Assembly (NCBI GenBank): GCA_050084985.1
Contig: JBITNC010000001.1
Coordinates: forward strand, 67,890,001 to 67,954,000
DNA: 64,000 bases
Origin: Nageia nagi
Taxonomy: Eukaryota; Plantae; Pinophyta
Reading direction: 5' to 3'
Shown here: one piece after another, positions 27,901-42,900 of the stretch
Layout of the letters: every line of letters begins with the position of its first letter
Numbering within the stretch: the first letter of the stretch is position 1
The notes under the pieces: model-generated
What the model was told of the DNA's origin: nothing
The model's input: only the letters and a program-made list of their open reading frames with translations
Database searches by the model: none
Position numbers and translations under genes: made by a program

Positions 27901-30900
27901 TACTGATTGGCACTTCATACTACTGCACATATCATCTAACATCTAGTCAAATTTCTAACTACACAAGCTGACGCTTGAGTATCTCCACAGTATGAGATTC
28001 TGTTTATTTACAACAGGTGGAAGAGAAACAGAGGGTGTAAATCAATAAAATATATAGTGCTTTTACACATAGTATGTCTTCAAAGCCATTAGTAATTAAA
28101 CACAAGTTCAATTGATCCAAGTTCTTGCGCTTTCTGACTCCCTATAAAATGTAAATACTTATTCTATTTTATATCAAAAGGGTTCAAGACAATTGCTTCT
28201 CCTTAGTGATGGTAAAGTAGAAAAACTACTTGCTTCAGCAAATTTGTAGGGAGAAGCTAATTCTCTGTCCTATGCCTATTTGCTCCATATAATAATAAGA
28301 AGTTTTACTAATTAGTGTCAATAACATCTGGTAACAAAATCTCTGGTAAGCAATTATGGCAAAGGTCAGAAGAAACTTTTGCAGCTATTTCTGCTATTCC
28401 AAGACCACGTATGATATAAGTTGTACTTAGTTGTGAATTTCTTCAGCAAAAATGTTTTCCAAACTCATGCCCAGTCATATCAACCTCCAAACTGGTATTC
28501 ATTTATCATGTACCAGTATCTGGGTTATTGATCAACATTTGAAATTCCAAACCATGTTTCAGAAACATAATACCTTGATAAAACCAGGGAGGTCAAGTTA
28601 AAAAAATTAATATACTAGCATTTTAACCCCTTCTATTCGCCCCCACCCTGTTGCATCTAATTAGGCATTTTGTGAATATTGTAACTATTGTTTGTTTCCT
28701 TTAACAGCTTCTTTTTGTCTTAGTTCTTGATGGGTTTTAATCCATCATTAATTATCAACCAAGGATTGTCAGATTTATGCTAAAGCTTGTGCTGTATACA
28801 ACCATTTACAAAGAGATCCAGTTATATAGAAAACAGAATATTAAATAAAAGAAACCCTACTCTACATCTAACTAACGGGTAATGAATCCTTCCTTTTTAT
28901 ACAAACAAGGGGATCCTTCCTTGCTGCATTAAGAGGAGATCACCATCCCCTTTTCAACAACTCAAGAAAGAACTAGTACAAATGAAGATGCAAGTAATTT
29001 CATCTCAAAAATGGAGTACAATATATTCTGCTCGTACACCCACATTTTTCTTCCTTCCTCTTTCCAAATGGGAGGAAGAGAATATATGATTTTGAAATGT
29101 AACTACTTCCTAATATTACCATATTGCTGGTTAATCTAAATACGAAATAAATCACTAACGAAATAAATCACTAGATCCTAAAATAAAGGTATATGGTTCT
29201 AGTCAATAACCACCCAAGAATCTTGGTTTATAATTTGACCAAGAATATCTTACATGATTATCACAAATAGAAACCCATGAATACAAAGTAAAAAATTGGT
29301 AATGTATGCTGCTAACTCAGCAATTAGTTCCTTTATTGACTTTATAGCTAGATGAATCCTTAGCTGGCTGAGTTTCATGTTTTCCCAAATCTGCTCCCAT
29401 AGCCGTGTTCCTGTGCCAGCCTGTAGAATCCTGTGGCAACCTGTAGCCGTGTTCCTGTGCCAGCCTGTAGAATCCTGTGGCAACCTGTAGAAGTTCCTGT
29501 GGCAGCCTATAGACATTCTTGTGGCAGCCTGTAGATACTCTTGTAGCACTTCCATAAATTATAAACTATCATCATAGAACCTTAGAGCACTTTAATTACT
29601 CTTTTATTCACTGTTCTCCTAACATCAATGATGCAAGTAAATATCACAATACACACTCATAATGCTGCCAATGACTGAGTTACAAAGCTCTTTAATGCTT
29701 ATTGATGATGCCAAAAATAAGACCTAGTTGGCACTGATCATCTGACCCCTCCTGAAGATGTTGTAGGTCCCTTCAACAACAAAATGATGGGTTTTAATCC
29801 ATTATTAATTATCAACCAAGGATCATCAAATCTATGCTAAGGCTTGTGTTGTATACACCCATTTACAAAGAGATCCAGTTCTATAGAAAACAGAAAATTA
29901 CATAAAAGAAACCCTACTCTACAACTAATGGGTAATGGATCCTTCCTTGTCACATTAAGAGGAGATCACCATCCCCTTTTCAACAACTCAAGAAAGAACC
30001 AATACAAATGAAGATGCAAGTAATTTCATACAAAAAAATGGAGCACACAATATTTTGCTCTTACATCCTCCATTTTCTTCCTTCCTCTTCAGAAATGGGA
30101 GGAAGAGAATATATTATTTTGAAATGTAACTACTTCTTAATAGTACCATATTGTTGGTTAACCTAAAAACTAAATAAATCCCTAGATCCTAAAATAAAGG
30201 TATATGGTTATGGTCGATAACCACCCAAGAATCTTGGTTTTTAATTTGAACAAGAATATCTTAAGTGATTATGACAACTAGAAACCCATGAATACAAAGT
30301 AACAAATTGGTAATGTATGTTGCTAACTCAGCAATTAATTCCCTGCAAGGTTCCACCGGGTGTCGGGAGCTCTGGAGCGTCCGCCAGAATTCCAAAGCAG
30401 CAGAGGTCATTTTTAAGGTGCAACTCCAATTTAGCAGGCGAAGTAGCTAGTAAAAAATCCCAAGATTTGTAGATTTTTTCTTGTTTATTGTCTCTAATTC
30501 ATTATTACTATCAATTTCAAATATAAATCAAGTATGAATTTAAATAACACAACATAATGATAATATTAATCAAGTATGAATCTGAAAGGCAAAAATGAGA
30601 AATCAAAACGAGCCTTAATGTCATTAAGTGACAAACAAGTCTAAATTAGTTTAGTACATAATGTCATAATATCAAAATGAGTCATAATGTCATAGTAGCG
30701 AAATGCCAAAGGCCCAAAATGGCAAAACCATAACTATCAAGTATCAAACTATGCTTTTTATTTTATGTTTTCACCCATTCTTAAAAAAATCATGTTCAAA
30801 TTTTTTTAGGGCCGCCAAAGCGACCAGCTGCTCCTGGAGCGTCACCCCCTACTCTCGAGCGCTTCAGCAAAATTCGGAGCGTCAAGTACCGCTCCGGCAC

Positions 30901-33900
30901 TCCGGATCCACCAAGGCGGCCAAAGCACCTCCGAGAAATCCCGAAGCGCTTGACTTTATAGCTAAAGCATGGCTACATAGAGTAATAAGTAAACTGAGTA
31001 ATTTTATCAATTCCTTTGGGTATTTGCCAAACAATTTCTGCTGAAATACAAGACAAAATCACCCACTCAAAGAGAAATATTGAGGGTCCTTCAACTGATT
31101 ATGGACACTCAACAAATACATTAGACATGCAAGGAAAGAACATTGGACACTTTCTAATTAACATGAATCAATTTTAAACATTTTCATCTGTTTGATAATC
31201 CTTGCCTCGCCTTAATGCGGGTGGGGTGGTGGGGGTGGTGCCTCGCCTTAATGCGGAGCCCGGAGATGTTAGAAATGAAATGTGATTCTCAATCATGGGA
31301 GAAAGCATAAAGGAAGTGATATGCTTGAGATGATGTATGATCCATTGGTATTGGACCAAAAAGCAAAGCATTCTATAATAGGGGGCGGGTGATTGAATGC
31401 CTTGAATAATGATAGTAAGGCTTAAATAATATCTGATAATCGCAAAAAGATGTATGGGGATGAAAACGTTTTTGTATTGAGTCTCTTATACTCTATATGA
31501 TTAATTAGAGCAGCAGAAATTAAAAAAACAGATTTGGATGGTATTTTGCCATAAAGTTAAGATACCAGACCATACCCTCCAATTGTTTTTTGTTTTCTGG
31601 GGCAGATTGTCCCATGAAGTTGAGAATACCCCATTCAAACACCATAATAAATGAAGACACTATAAAATATGAAATGCGTAATATCAATATTTGTTTCTAA
31701 ATATTGCATGAAATCGAGTGTAGTGGTTGCCTGCAAGAAACTCCAAATGGCCAGCACCAGATGCACGGTAAGCAACGAGATCTCCTAGAAGTCCAGCAAC
31801 AGAGTCAACTTCATCAGCCTCCAAAATGCTCCTGAACATTTGCCAGAAAAATCATTATAGAATGGTAAAAAGGAAAGCATATAAAATCATGTGAGCCGCT
31901 AGTAAACAAGTTATGGCTTAAGATAAAACATACAAATATTGGAACCTTCCAAGGCAACATAATACTTCCCGAATCCCATGGTCAAATATCTCACGATAAT
32001 GAGCTTTCCAAGCTGCATCATGTCTTGCATAAAAGGACCTCCATTTTAGAACATCTGACCCGGCACAGCACTGTGCAATCACTAAAAGCCATGCTATAAT
32101 CGCAAGGGCAACAACTATAATTTGTTTCCAGACACCACCATGACTGTTTATACCTGTTGTAATAACCCACTTGAAGTCTTCAAACTCGGAAACAATAGAC
32201 TCAAACTTGCAAAATTGCATCTGAGAAAGTATCATTATGTCCTATGATCATATGCATAAGCATTGATCCCAAATATGATAGCAGTTACAAAGCTAATGAC
32301 TTCTAAGTTATTCTAAAATCCTACCAGAAAATGTAAAAGGGTCTATAATAAATTAGAAGCAATTTTGAGTAGATAAGGTGATCAAAAATCAGAATGGTCC
32401 CTATTTAGTTGATGTGTTTTTTCTATAAAACAAAAGAGTAGTTCCCAAATCCAGACTTCATTCTAAACATACATGAATTTTAATGACAGACTATGTTTCA
32501 GCAAGTTCTAAAGCTGAATTTCTCGTATTATTCATAAAACCTAGCTGAAATTCCAAATAACAATAACATAGCTGATGCAGAAATATATATTGGATATCTA
32601 CGTGAAATTCATCCACTTCAGACTATTGTGCCACATCAAGTACCTCTCCTATAAGACTTGCAAGTCAAAGTTATCTTTAAAAGGTCATAGACGTCAGAAT
32701 TTGCACTTTGAACATTAGTCATTTATAATTCAGACTTCCATGTTGATTTCCAATGCCATCAGTTAAAATATCAATGAACCTAATGACCTACAATAGGCAA
32801 TACAATTGCAACCACCAATTATAGCAATCTCAATGTGAAATCATTAAGTCAACCAAACAGAACTACATCCCTAAAAATTAATATACTAGCCATGCTGTGA
32901 AACATGCACTCTCAATCAATGATGATTCAGAGCACAAGCACACAAATAAAAAACAACAAAATGCTCAAGTACCTCAGATCAATGATCATCCACACAAATC
33001 ATCTTTCAAAGACTCAGTGGCTGTTGATAGTCATGACTAACAATATATATATTTGGCTGTTGATTGCCTTTATGACTTGTGAAATATGTATTTTTCTTCA
33101 GTTTCCAACTATAGTATTGCTTAGACCTTCCTTGATACTTCGATTTCTTTGGATAAGCGCTACTTTAATATAAAATAAATTCCAAGCAATCCTTTAATTT
33201 GAAGTAAAAAAAATCTTAGGGAAAGAAAATTAGTTTTATTCAGAGAAGAAACATCCCAAACTTATTTTCTAACATAAGTTAAAGATTATTCCTACAAAAT
33301 TTTATAGTTCCTCATTACATATGTAATTCAATTATTTTCAACAACAATTAAAGCTAGGTGCAAGCTATCCAGCCGCTTAAATTCCTCCCCCTCCATTCTT
33401 GACATTTCTGACATAGCGCAAATTTCGAGTACGTTGGAGACGGCCATTGGTAGGGTCCATTTTTTCATTTAATCCATTTTCCATATCAAATAGAAATATT
33501 GTGAGGTATGTTTTGTTTGCAGCCGATGGTATAATGGTTGAAATGGTACAATGTGCTAGCATATATCTGAGTTCAAATCCTTGCAAACACTTTTGAAAAA
33601 TATTTGCTTCAAAACTTAGTTTTTTTTTCAGCAAAAAAGTGTAAATGCATAGAGCTTAACCTGAAAATAGGTAAACACAATATGTTTAACCCTAAAATCA
33701 GTAAATGCAATGCGCTTAACTCAATTTTCCAATCACCACCGATTTACTCAAACTTTGTGCCATGTCAGAGGTGTCAGGAGTACGAGGGCAAATTTAGGAG
33801 GCTCGATAGCTTGCTCCTTAAAGCTATGGTCGTAAAGAAATAGTAACTATTACATATGAAATGCATGTAATAGTAGAAATAAAGAAATTCTATTGATGAT

Positions 33901-36900
33901 TGTGGGTAAACAAAATAGGTCAATGGGACTAGAGAAATAAAAAAAATGTGTACAAACCATTGTTTAACAAGATTAAAGATAACTGAGCTAAAGCAAGATA
34001 GAAAAAATGTTTTGAATAGCATGTGAGAATCATCAAAAGAAATAGCATAAATGTTGAAACCAAAACAAGATATGTGGGTGTGCAGTACAGTCTCACAGGA
34101 AACTCCTAACACCAAGGCTAGTGAGACAGTTGGAGATAATGGGCCTCTTGCCCTATGGCAAAGAGGATGGTGCTTGATACTCTAACAACATTTAATGAGG
34201 GAGTACATGGCCATTTAAGACACTTGAAATTGCATTTTAACTATCTAAAATGGTTTTACTTAATTGATATACTTTGTTTATGCAAAAATACCAATTTAAG
34301 TCAATCTTACGCTACATTCTAATTTAGCATTATCTTATGTGCATGTCATCCTATGTGGGTCCACCTAGATGACCTCAAAATTAGACTTCTCAAGTCTATA
34401 TAAAGTAAAAAGCAAATGCTCATTTTTTTAATTAAGATTTTATATCCAAGGTTCTATATATTCTTATTTCCAAAAGTCTCGAAGCTAACATCTTCTACAA
34501 GATTTATCTTATTCTTCTCCAATATTTCCTTAAATCAAATTCGCAAGTATCAAAGCTGAATTCCACAAGGCAAATTCCAAATTCAAGCACAATCCTGTAA
34601 CACGTAAGTTATTTTGGACCTCGCATCTCAAAAGATTGGGGGTATTGGGTTTGCTCAAATTTGTTATTCACTCACCTCTAAGACAAGAATCTCATTTTCG
34701 CAAGTTTATCTCTCAAAATCATCATCAAATGGAGCTGATGGTGTGAAAACAACCGAAATAGGTTCTCGACCCAAAACGCCTAGATTCTAGCACTTCGGCT
34801 CAAAATGCCCATTATATAGTATATCATTTTTGTTAATTCCACTTGTAATATCATTTATCATTGCTATATCTTAAAGGCAATTTAGCATTCATCTATTTAC
34901 TTATTTGTAGACATAAAATTTATTGCATTTGTCTTATACATTGCCATATTTCTTTCTCTATATATGCATATTCTAACATTGTCCTTTATTCTGTATCTGC
35001 AATTGTATAAATCCATTTGTTGTGACAAAAATTAACACCCCTTCAGTTGTGAGGCTGAAGCTAGTCCATGGTGTCAACAAATGTATGAGATCACTTGGTA
35101 ATAACATCCTTTTTAGGTAGTTCTTTAGGTACTCGACCTAAGATAATATAATTAAACTGGCCTGCGAGTGTAACCTTGATGAGTCTTTCTTAAGTTTTAT
35201 ACTCTAAAGACAAACTGGTAATTAATATAGTAGCAATAGTATTAAGAAATTTGACCAATCACCATGGGCTCACCTATTCAATCACAAAAAGACTGATGCC
35301 TTGATCCATTGGGAATCAAAGTCATACAGATGAAAGAATAACACTAAACGAACATTCAACATCTCTCATTCAAATAATGTAATAAAATATGCTCAATATT
35401 CAAGAGGAATACGCTACTGCAACGTTCAAATAATGTAAGGCTACAGCAAGTACATTCAAGACAAATAGAGATGCAGCCAAAGAAGATTCCATTGTATTGC
35501 AATTTTATGCTCAATGAGTCTGGCTCATTGTCACAAAACATAAATCAAAATTATAGAGGCAAAATTCCATTCAAATGATGTAACAAAATCTCAAATAACA
35601 AAATCCCTAGTTACACTAACAATAACTTTGTAAATAAAATCCTGCAACGAGCTAAATAACATTTCGGTTATGGTGCTTGGACATGGCCCGCATTGACCAC
35701 ACAATGCCTCGATATCTCCTGAAAATGAATGAATAACAAAGTAAGTTTCTATGGCATGATAGAGGAGGCGGAAGAACTCAAGGAAACAAAACGGGATCTA
35801 GACAATACCTTTGGCTAGCAAATAGGTAAATGGTGAGAAGATATGTGCAATCACTTGCACTTGGGTATTTACACTTCTTGTTGTGTAGTTTTGGTCATGT
35901 CATTTGTAATCAATTCTTCATTAAATCTTCACCTACTTCCAAGTATTCTTGATCAACATTCATTAACTATGACTACACTTCCGAGGTTGTTTTACAACTA
36001 CCATCTTTAATTGTTTCCTTCTAGATGATGATTACTTGTGAAGGGTACCATTTGCAAAGTTCTAGATGCAAGATTTCAAGATTTCTAATAGGATCCGCTA
36101 CTGTAATCATTTTGGTCTACTTTCATGCTCTAAATTTATTTAGTTATGAATGCAACTTCCTGACGAGGCCTACAATTGTGATCATTCCAAAGCAAAACAC
36201 TTTACTCCATGTCAACTCGATCATGAATGCTCATCTAACTTTGTACACACCTCGAGGAGCCATTTGGCCACTATTCTTGATGATCCTGAGGGTTCCGAAT
36301 GATTATCAACTTTGTAAGTTTTTTTGAATTTGTTGATATTGCTCTTGTCTCCAGGAATGCCACATGGCTAGCGTTATTGCCAACACATAATCACCACCTT
36401 CAAGCATCACTCCATAGGATTTCTATGTTTCAAGATGGCTAACAATGTTGTGGGCTTCATTTGACGCTATTCTCGAGGGTTGGCAAAGTTTTGTGTTGAT
36501 GTCACCTTTCACCTTGCCCAAGAAGTCATGGACAGGGCTGCAAATACTTTTGCTGATGTCATCTCATCACACCCGGGAAGGAGTATATTATGCCTGAACC
36601 TCCCTCTACCGGATGCTTAGCCTTGCCTTGCTGACGCTATCATTTGAATACCTCCAGGAAATACTATTGGGTTGCACTTTCGCAATTGTTAACATCATCA
36701 AGGCAAACACCTAAGAAATAATGTATTTCTTTGTTGCTTGGCCCTGTGAGATTCTTGTGTGCTAGTTGACGTAATCATTTAATGTCCCCAAGAATAGTGT
36801 ATTTTGCAATGCTTTGAAGATAAGAGGCTCATACTGACATCATCGAAATGGGGAGCCTAAAAGATAGGAACACCTTGGTGCTTTCCAGACCATCTTCGCT

Positions 36901-39900
36901 CATTCGCATAAGCTCTCTCCCTTTTGCACAAGATAGAAATCACTATGTGCAAACCATCTTTGCTCATTCACACTCATTCCTTCTCTCGCACACAGTTCAC
37001 ACAAGTCTTCTTAAAGTAGGTGCAAAAAAGACCTCCCTCATGCTAAGGTTCTGATCAGTTTGTGTTGGGTTCTAGGAGTCACTCGGGTGACATCATCTTT
37101 AAAACATTGTCAAGTTGTGATCTCTACTCATTCGCACAAGTCCTTTCACTCTTGCACAAGGAATAAATTGCCATCCATGAACAATCTTCGCTCATTCGCA
37201 CATGTCCTATTGACATCATCAAGTGAGCCTGGGAGCCTTTGTATTTTCTTGCTCTTTACTTTCTTGGGAGTGCAACTTGATGAAGATGATGTCAGCGTGA
37301 GGAATGACTCGAGAACAAGTAATTTAGTGTTGAATTTGTCCTCTCAGTATGTTCTTTTAGAAGGATGTTTACATTAGTTTTCACAAACACGATAATGAGC
37401 AAAATAACCTATGTATTTCCTTAGTCACAATGCGGCAATGTCAATGTTGATGTCAACTCATGGAAGATGCGACAAGCGATAAAATATAGTTAAAACGTTT
37501 CCCCTACGACACGGCAATATGCAGGATGACATCAGCTCTTAGCAAACATGGCATTGAACAAAATTACCTTTGTAGCTCCCTAGTTGCGATGTGGCACTGA
37601 CAATGCTAACATCAGCTCGTGAAAAACGTGGCAAATGACAAACCATGGTTAAAATTTATTCCCTCGTGGCGCGGAAATATTTAAAATGACGTCAGCTCAG
37701 GTAAAGCGCAACATTGAGCAAGAATGCTTTTGTAATGCCTGAATAACGATGTGGCAATGTAGATGCTCACATCATCTCATGGAAAATGCGACATGTCATG
37801 ATGCAACATTGTAAATGCTGACATTAGCTTCTCGAAAATGCAACATGGAGCAAAATGACCTTTGTAGCTCCTTAGCCACGATGCGGCACTGGCAATGCTA
37901 ATATGAGTCATGGAAAAAGCAATATAGTCCCATGAACTCACATTTACATCGAGGAAAGCTCTTTCTTCACCCGAGAAGGCTTATTTTTGGTTAAGGCACT
38001 TTCAAAGTCTCCCGACAATGATCATTGAAGAGGTTCCTGAATACCCTTAGCATATCATGGAAATAGAGAATGCATAGATAGGAACAACTAATCAAAAAGG
38101 AAAAATAATAACCAAAAATTGAAGAAAAAGTGTTCATGCTAAAATTTCCAACTAAAATTTGGAAATTCCAACACTATCATTATCAACAATCTACATATTG
38201 GTAGAATCAAAAGGGCATTTTGTTCTCCCAATGCTCAAGATAGCATGATAGACATAGGTATGAAGAGCACTTGTTGTCAAGCTAAACATAGAATACTAAG
38301 AAACATCCTAAAGACTCTTTAAATAAGTTATAAGACATCTCTTGGATCTAACAGTAGATAAAGGATCATATGATAGTATATTGTTCATTCTCCAGTTCGT
38401 AAAGGGAACAAAAAGCGTCAAACCCTATCATTCCTAAGAATATGGTGGATTTCCAATTGCAATTGGTGGAAGCATGTTAGGATTATTACATCATTGGTGT
38501 GTTTTTTGTCTAGACCCACTCATGGATCACCCATATTTAGTTTGTTAGAGTTTGATGTATTGTCTTTCTCTTGTGGCAATCAGTTATTTGTCACAAGGTT
38601 TGTCATAGTCTTTATGTATAAATACTTACCATTTAATGAAATAATCACTACAATATTTTTAAATCTTATATGGTATCAAAGCAGACAAAGGGAGTTTCCC
38701 TCCCAACCAATTATGTGGACATATCCAATTTTGTTCTTCTGTGGTAACAATATGTAAATAAATAGGTATAGCTAGATATTACATAACTAGTATTTGGAAG
38801 AAGTTAAACAATTTGGATTTAGTTTCTTGAAGAGAATAGGTAGATGCAGATCTTAGAAAATGCATGTTGCGATTGTTGTACAAAGTTTTAATAGAAGCCT
38901 ATCATATTTATGATCTTTGTGCTCATATGTAACGAACTCGTGAAGGAATTTGCGATTTTCGATCATTGGCTTTCTTCCGAGCCTAACGCAACCCAATCGA
39001 CTCTTTTTATATTCAAGCTACCTTTAGGTATCTATTATCAAAATATTTTGGTAATGTTGTTGTACAAGAGCTTAGATACGTAAGTTCCATCATTATGGGT
39101 TGAAGTTCAAATGACACACAAGAAAGAGGAAGCTCTCAAATCTGATCATCATCAAACAACAATATTTTGACCTGAAGCTCTTCTTCAGCTACCCTCGTCT
39201 TTGCTTCTCAATCCAAAAAGCGAGATCATGAATCAGCTCTGAAGTCATAGAAGAGGAAGTTGTATGCAAAAATTGTAGAACATAGAGAGTGGTGTGTCAT
39301 GGAAAACAAGTGATTGCGGGCTCCACAAGAATCAACAGGAATCCAATGACTATAAATGCAAAGGCGTTGTCAAGAGCGACAGTTAGTCTCAATATACAAC
39401 AGAGTGGAAGTCGGCAAGCAATATGCATAGTATGCATGTGGAGATTAAATATGGATACGTAGTTCAATGGCCGATGGCAAACATTTCCTACAATTAATCA
39501 AACAAGTTGACCCTCCTACATGAAGCCAAGTGGCGGCCTAAGATTGAGTCTACCCAAATATTATTTTATATGATATGATTTGTTTGGCTATTAAAACAAA
39601 ACCAAACTATAGAGAGAGATACTATTAATACAAGAAAAAATAAAATAACTCAAAAGGAGAGATGTGATAATTTTAAGAACTTAGTCATGCTAAGAGGGCA
39701 TGTGATATAGAAATTTAAAAAAAAATGAAAATTGGAGTGCATGGTCGATGATACCGACACTCCTAAAATTACTGTAAAAAGTTCAAATCAAAGGGGGAGG
39801 ATATATTTTTTCCTCATAGAATGTGCATTTGATCCAAAATTTGAAGATGCTTCAAGTCATCATAGGTAACCAAAGAAATGAAGACCTACATTCAACGGAG

Positions 39901-42900
39901 TGAACCTCGCATGTAGTGATCTATAGTCTAATTATTACACTTGGCGGTTGCAGCAATTAGTCTTCCATGCAATCTGATAAAATGAGAAAATTACATAAAG
40001 ATGCTAACAATCTATACGGCACAAGTGAATGGATGTGTTTGTCCCCATTCACAAGATGATGATGTGATTGGATGTGTTTGTCTCCAATCGCAGTTGTTGA
40101 AGATGATTGGTATGTATGTCCCCACTCACATATGGTTATTATAATTAGATGTGTGCATCTCCAATCATAATAATTGTGAACATATGTGTATGCCTTTATT
40201 CATAATTTCGATGTTGGATAGATGTGTTTGTCCCTATCTATATTTGTTATATGACCTAGGACGGAAGTGTTTGTCCCTATCCTTGGTTCTATGGATAGTG
40301 TGTGTCCCTACTCATACCTTATGCTTTTTATGTCCTATTGTATGGGTTCATCAAGTAGTTATTAGTACACTATCCCCATTTAGCGATTGATGTAATAAGG
40401 GGTGGTGTTAGAATTTTTACATCATTAGTATGTTTGTTGTTTGGATCCACTCATGGTTAGTTTGTTAGAGTTTATTGCTTTATCATTCTCTTGTGACACT
40501 TAGTTATTTGTCACAAGGTTTGTCATAGTCTTTATATATAAATACTTACCATCTAATGAAATAATCACTCCAGTATTGTGAAATCTAATAAGCATACTCT
40601 AAGTTGGCAAGTGGAATATTAAGGCAATAAGTCCAATGCCATCAAGTATAATTAGAATGAATAATAATGAAATCCTTGCCATGCAAAAGAATGTTGAACA
40701 TAGAACATAATTTTGGTGCTATGAGGTTGGGATAGGTGAGGTTCATGTAACCTGAATGTATTGTTGATAGATATCTTTACTCATTGCTTTACCTTCTCGT
40801 CAAGTACGCGACAAGATGAGCATCTACGATAATGTAAGAGATGCATGTGGGTTAATTATATTAGTGTTATTATGTATTTCCTCCAAAAACATCTAACGAA
40901 AAGAAACTAGATTATCTTATCTAAAAAATTAAACAAGGAAGAAAAAGTTGAAAAGAATTCATAGCCTTACGATAGAAAAATGGAGGGCTAGTCAAGACAG
41001 CATCAAATTTAATTGATAGATTATATACCAGGGTAGCAACTAGATGAACTGTGTCCATTTCTGGATTTATTAACAATAATAATAACAAAATATGTTGCTC
41101 CAAGTATTTGCATTATTGTGACAAGAATTCCAAATCTACTCCACCAAAGCCATCGTTTGTATGTCATCTGTGCCAATGAAACAAAAAAACAAAAACACTA
41201 TTAGGGAGTTTATACATTGATACAAAGAAAGTTTTTTATCAAACAACGTAAAACTCAAGATTGGAGACAGTATCTTTCTATGATAGTAAGCTTTTAGGAG
41301 TTGTATGTGACATAGAAGGGGATCTCTAAATGCTCAACAAGACGTAATTTAATCATTGGTGATTCATTCTGAAAGCATTTCTAAGAAAGATAGCTATCTA
41401 AGAGGATATTCAAACATCCAGTTAAAAGCTTTCGAAGTTACACTGAAAACAGCTATGCAAGTTTTCTGAGTGCTTAAAAGAGAATACAAGAAAAAAAAAA
41501 CTAAACAAATCCGAAGTACAAAGCTCTCATACAACAAGGAAGTGGTTTCAATTCCCAACTGATTCTCAACTGACTTTCAAAAATTGATTTCAGTATGTTT
41601 GAGTGCTAAAGGAAGCAAAGGTGTGTGTCTCGCTGAAATCACTTAAAGGTTAAATGACTATTATATTGTGGTATTGTGGCAATGGGAAAATTTAAAAAAA
41701 AAAAAAGCATTTCAGAGACCAAAAAAACATCTAAGGGAGTCCGAAAGACATATTTGGTGTCTACGATGTCTACTAGCATTTTCACATCTCCTGTTACAAG
41801 ATTCACCAAAAAGGGCTTCCCTAGTGCTAGTTTCATATGAAACTTAAGAATGTTGATCTGGTAAAACTTCCCAATTGAACAAAGGTATGATGCTAGTGGA
41901 ACACTTCAAAAAGTCAACGAGCAACTAAACAAGAATAATGTAAACTATAAAGAATGGCCTGATAAATTTACAAGGTAGAAATCCTTTGAACTTAGCAAGA
42001 GGGTGATAGTTGTGCAGAAGAGAATAAAACAAACTGAAGTCAAGGAAGACATGAGCCTACAAAATCAGATGAAATTCAGTGACAATAGCTTAAAGTAGAG
42101 CTTCCAGATTTATACAATCTCGTACCAGATTTGATATTTTTTAATAGCATTCTTTTGCATGTTAGGATATATATGATGTATAAGAAGGGAAATAATTTGA
42201 TTGAAGGAAGCCAAAATAAAAAATCGGAAGTTATGGAAGTACTTGACATGAAAAAGTTTAGCACAGGAGCTGCCAAGTGCCAACTATAAGCAATAATTGC
42301 TAAAATGGGAAAACACACTTCAAAAGAAGATTATTAAAGTTGGCTTCATGAAGACAATTAAAAAAAGCTTGGAATCAATACTTGGCATGACAAAGGTCGA
42401 CATTGGACCTGCAAACTCTAAGCAATACTTGGTCGAATCTAACAGTTACACAACAGAAGACAGCACATGGATTATGGAAGAACTGTATCAAAGTTGGCTT
42501 CATGTGAACAATCATAACCTTCTGAACCAAAGCAAGATGATAGAGACATGGATTCTATATTGATACAGTTGTGGAAAACAAACAGCCAGAGAGGAAAGAG
42601 AAACAAAATTGAATGTGGGACATCTTAAACAAACAGCCAGGAAGGGAAGAGAAACAAAACTGAATGTGGGTCATGGAAAACAATCAGCCAGAAAGAAAAA
42701 AGGTAAAACATTGAATGTTAAAAAAGAGATGAGCAAAAGTTGTACATAAGGAACTAGGAAGTGACAGGAAAGCTTAAGGAGCAAAATATAAGGAGGACTA
42801 TAAGTCTGTTGTGAAAAATCTCAACTCCCTATTGGAACTAACACTCTCCTAAGTTGACCACCTTGCATGGCTAAGTATTACGGGAATATCCTAACTGAAG

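Larger units (their letters stand above)
28728..30964. repeat. ~620-bp local duplication (28728-29350; 29785-30343 plus 30950-30964)
   Basis: Colinear high similarity from tgatgggttttaatcc to ttgactttatagcta. The second copy is interrupted by an insertion. Confidence 0.9.

Noticed and set aside
33377-33843. ORFs 33377..33634 and 33604..33843
   Set aside because: They are by-products of the MITE inverted repeats.
34100-35045. Possible solo LTR of another family
   Set aside because: It has a TATA-like box and a CA end, but I found no matching TG start or TSD.
35640-35720. Exon-like segment (ag|EISRHCVV...) in intron 2
   Set aside because: In-frame stop follows shortly, and exons 2 and 3 already join in phase with no gap relative to homologs.
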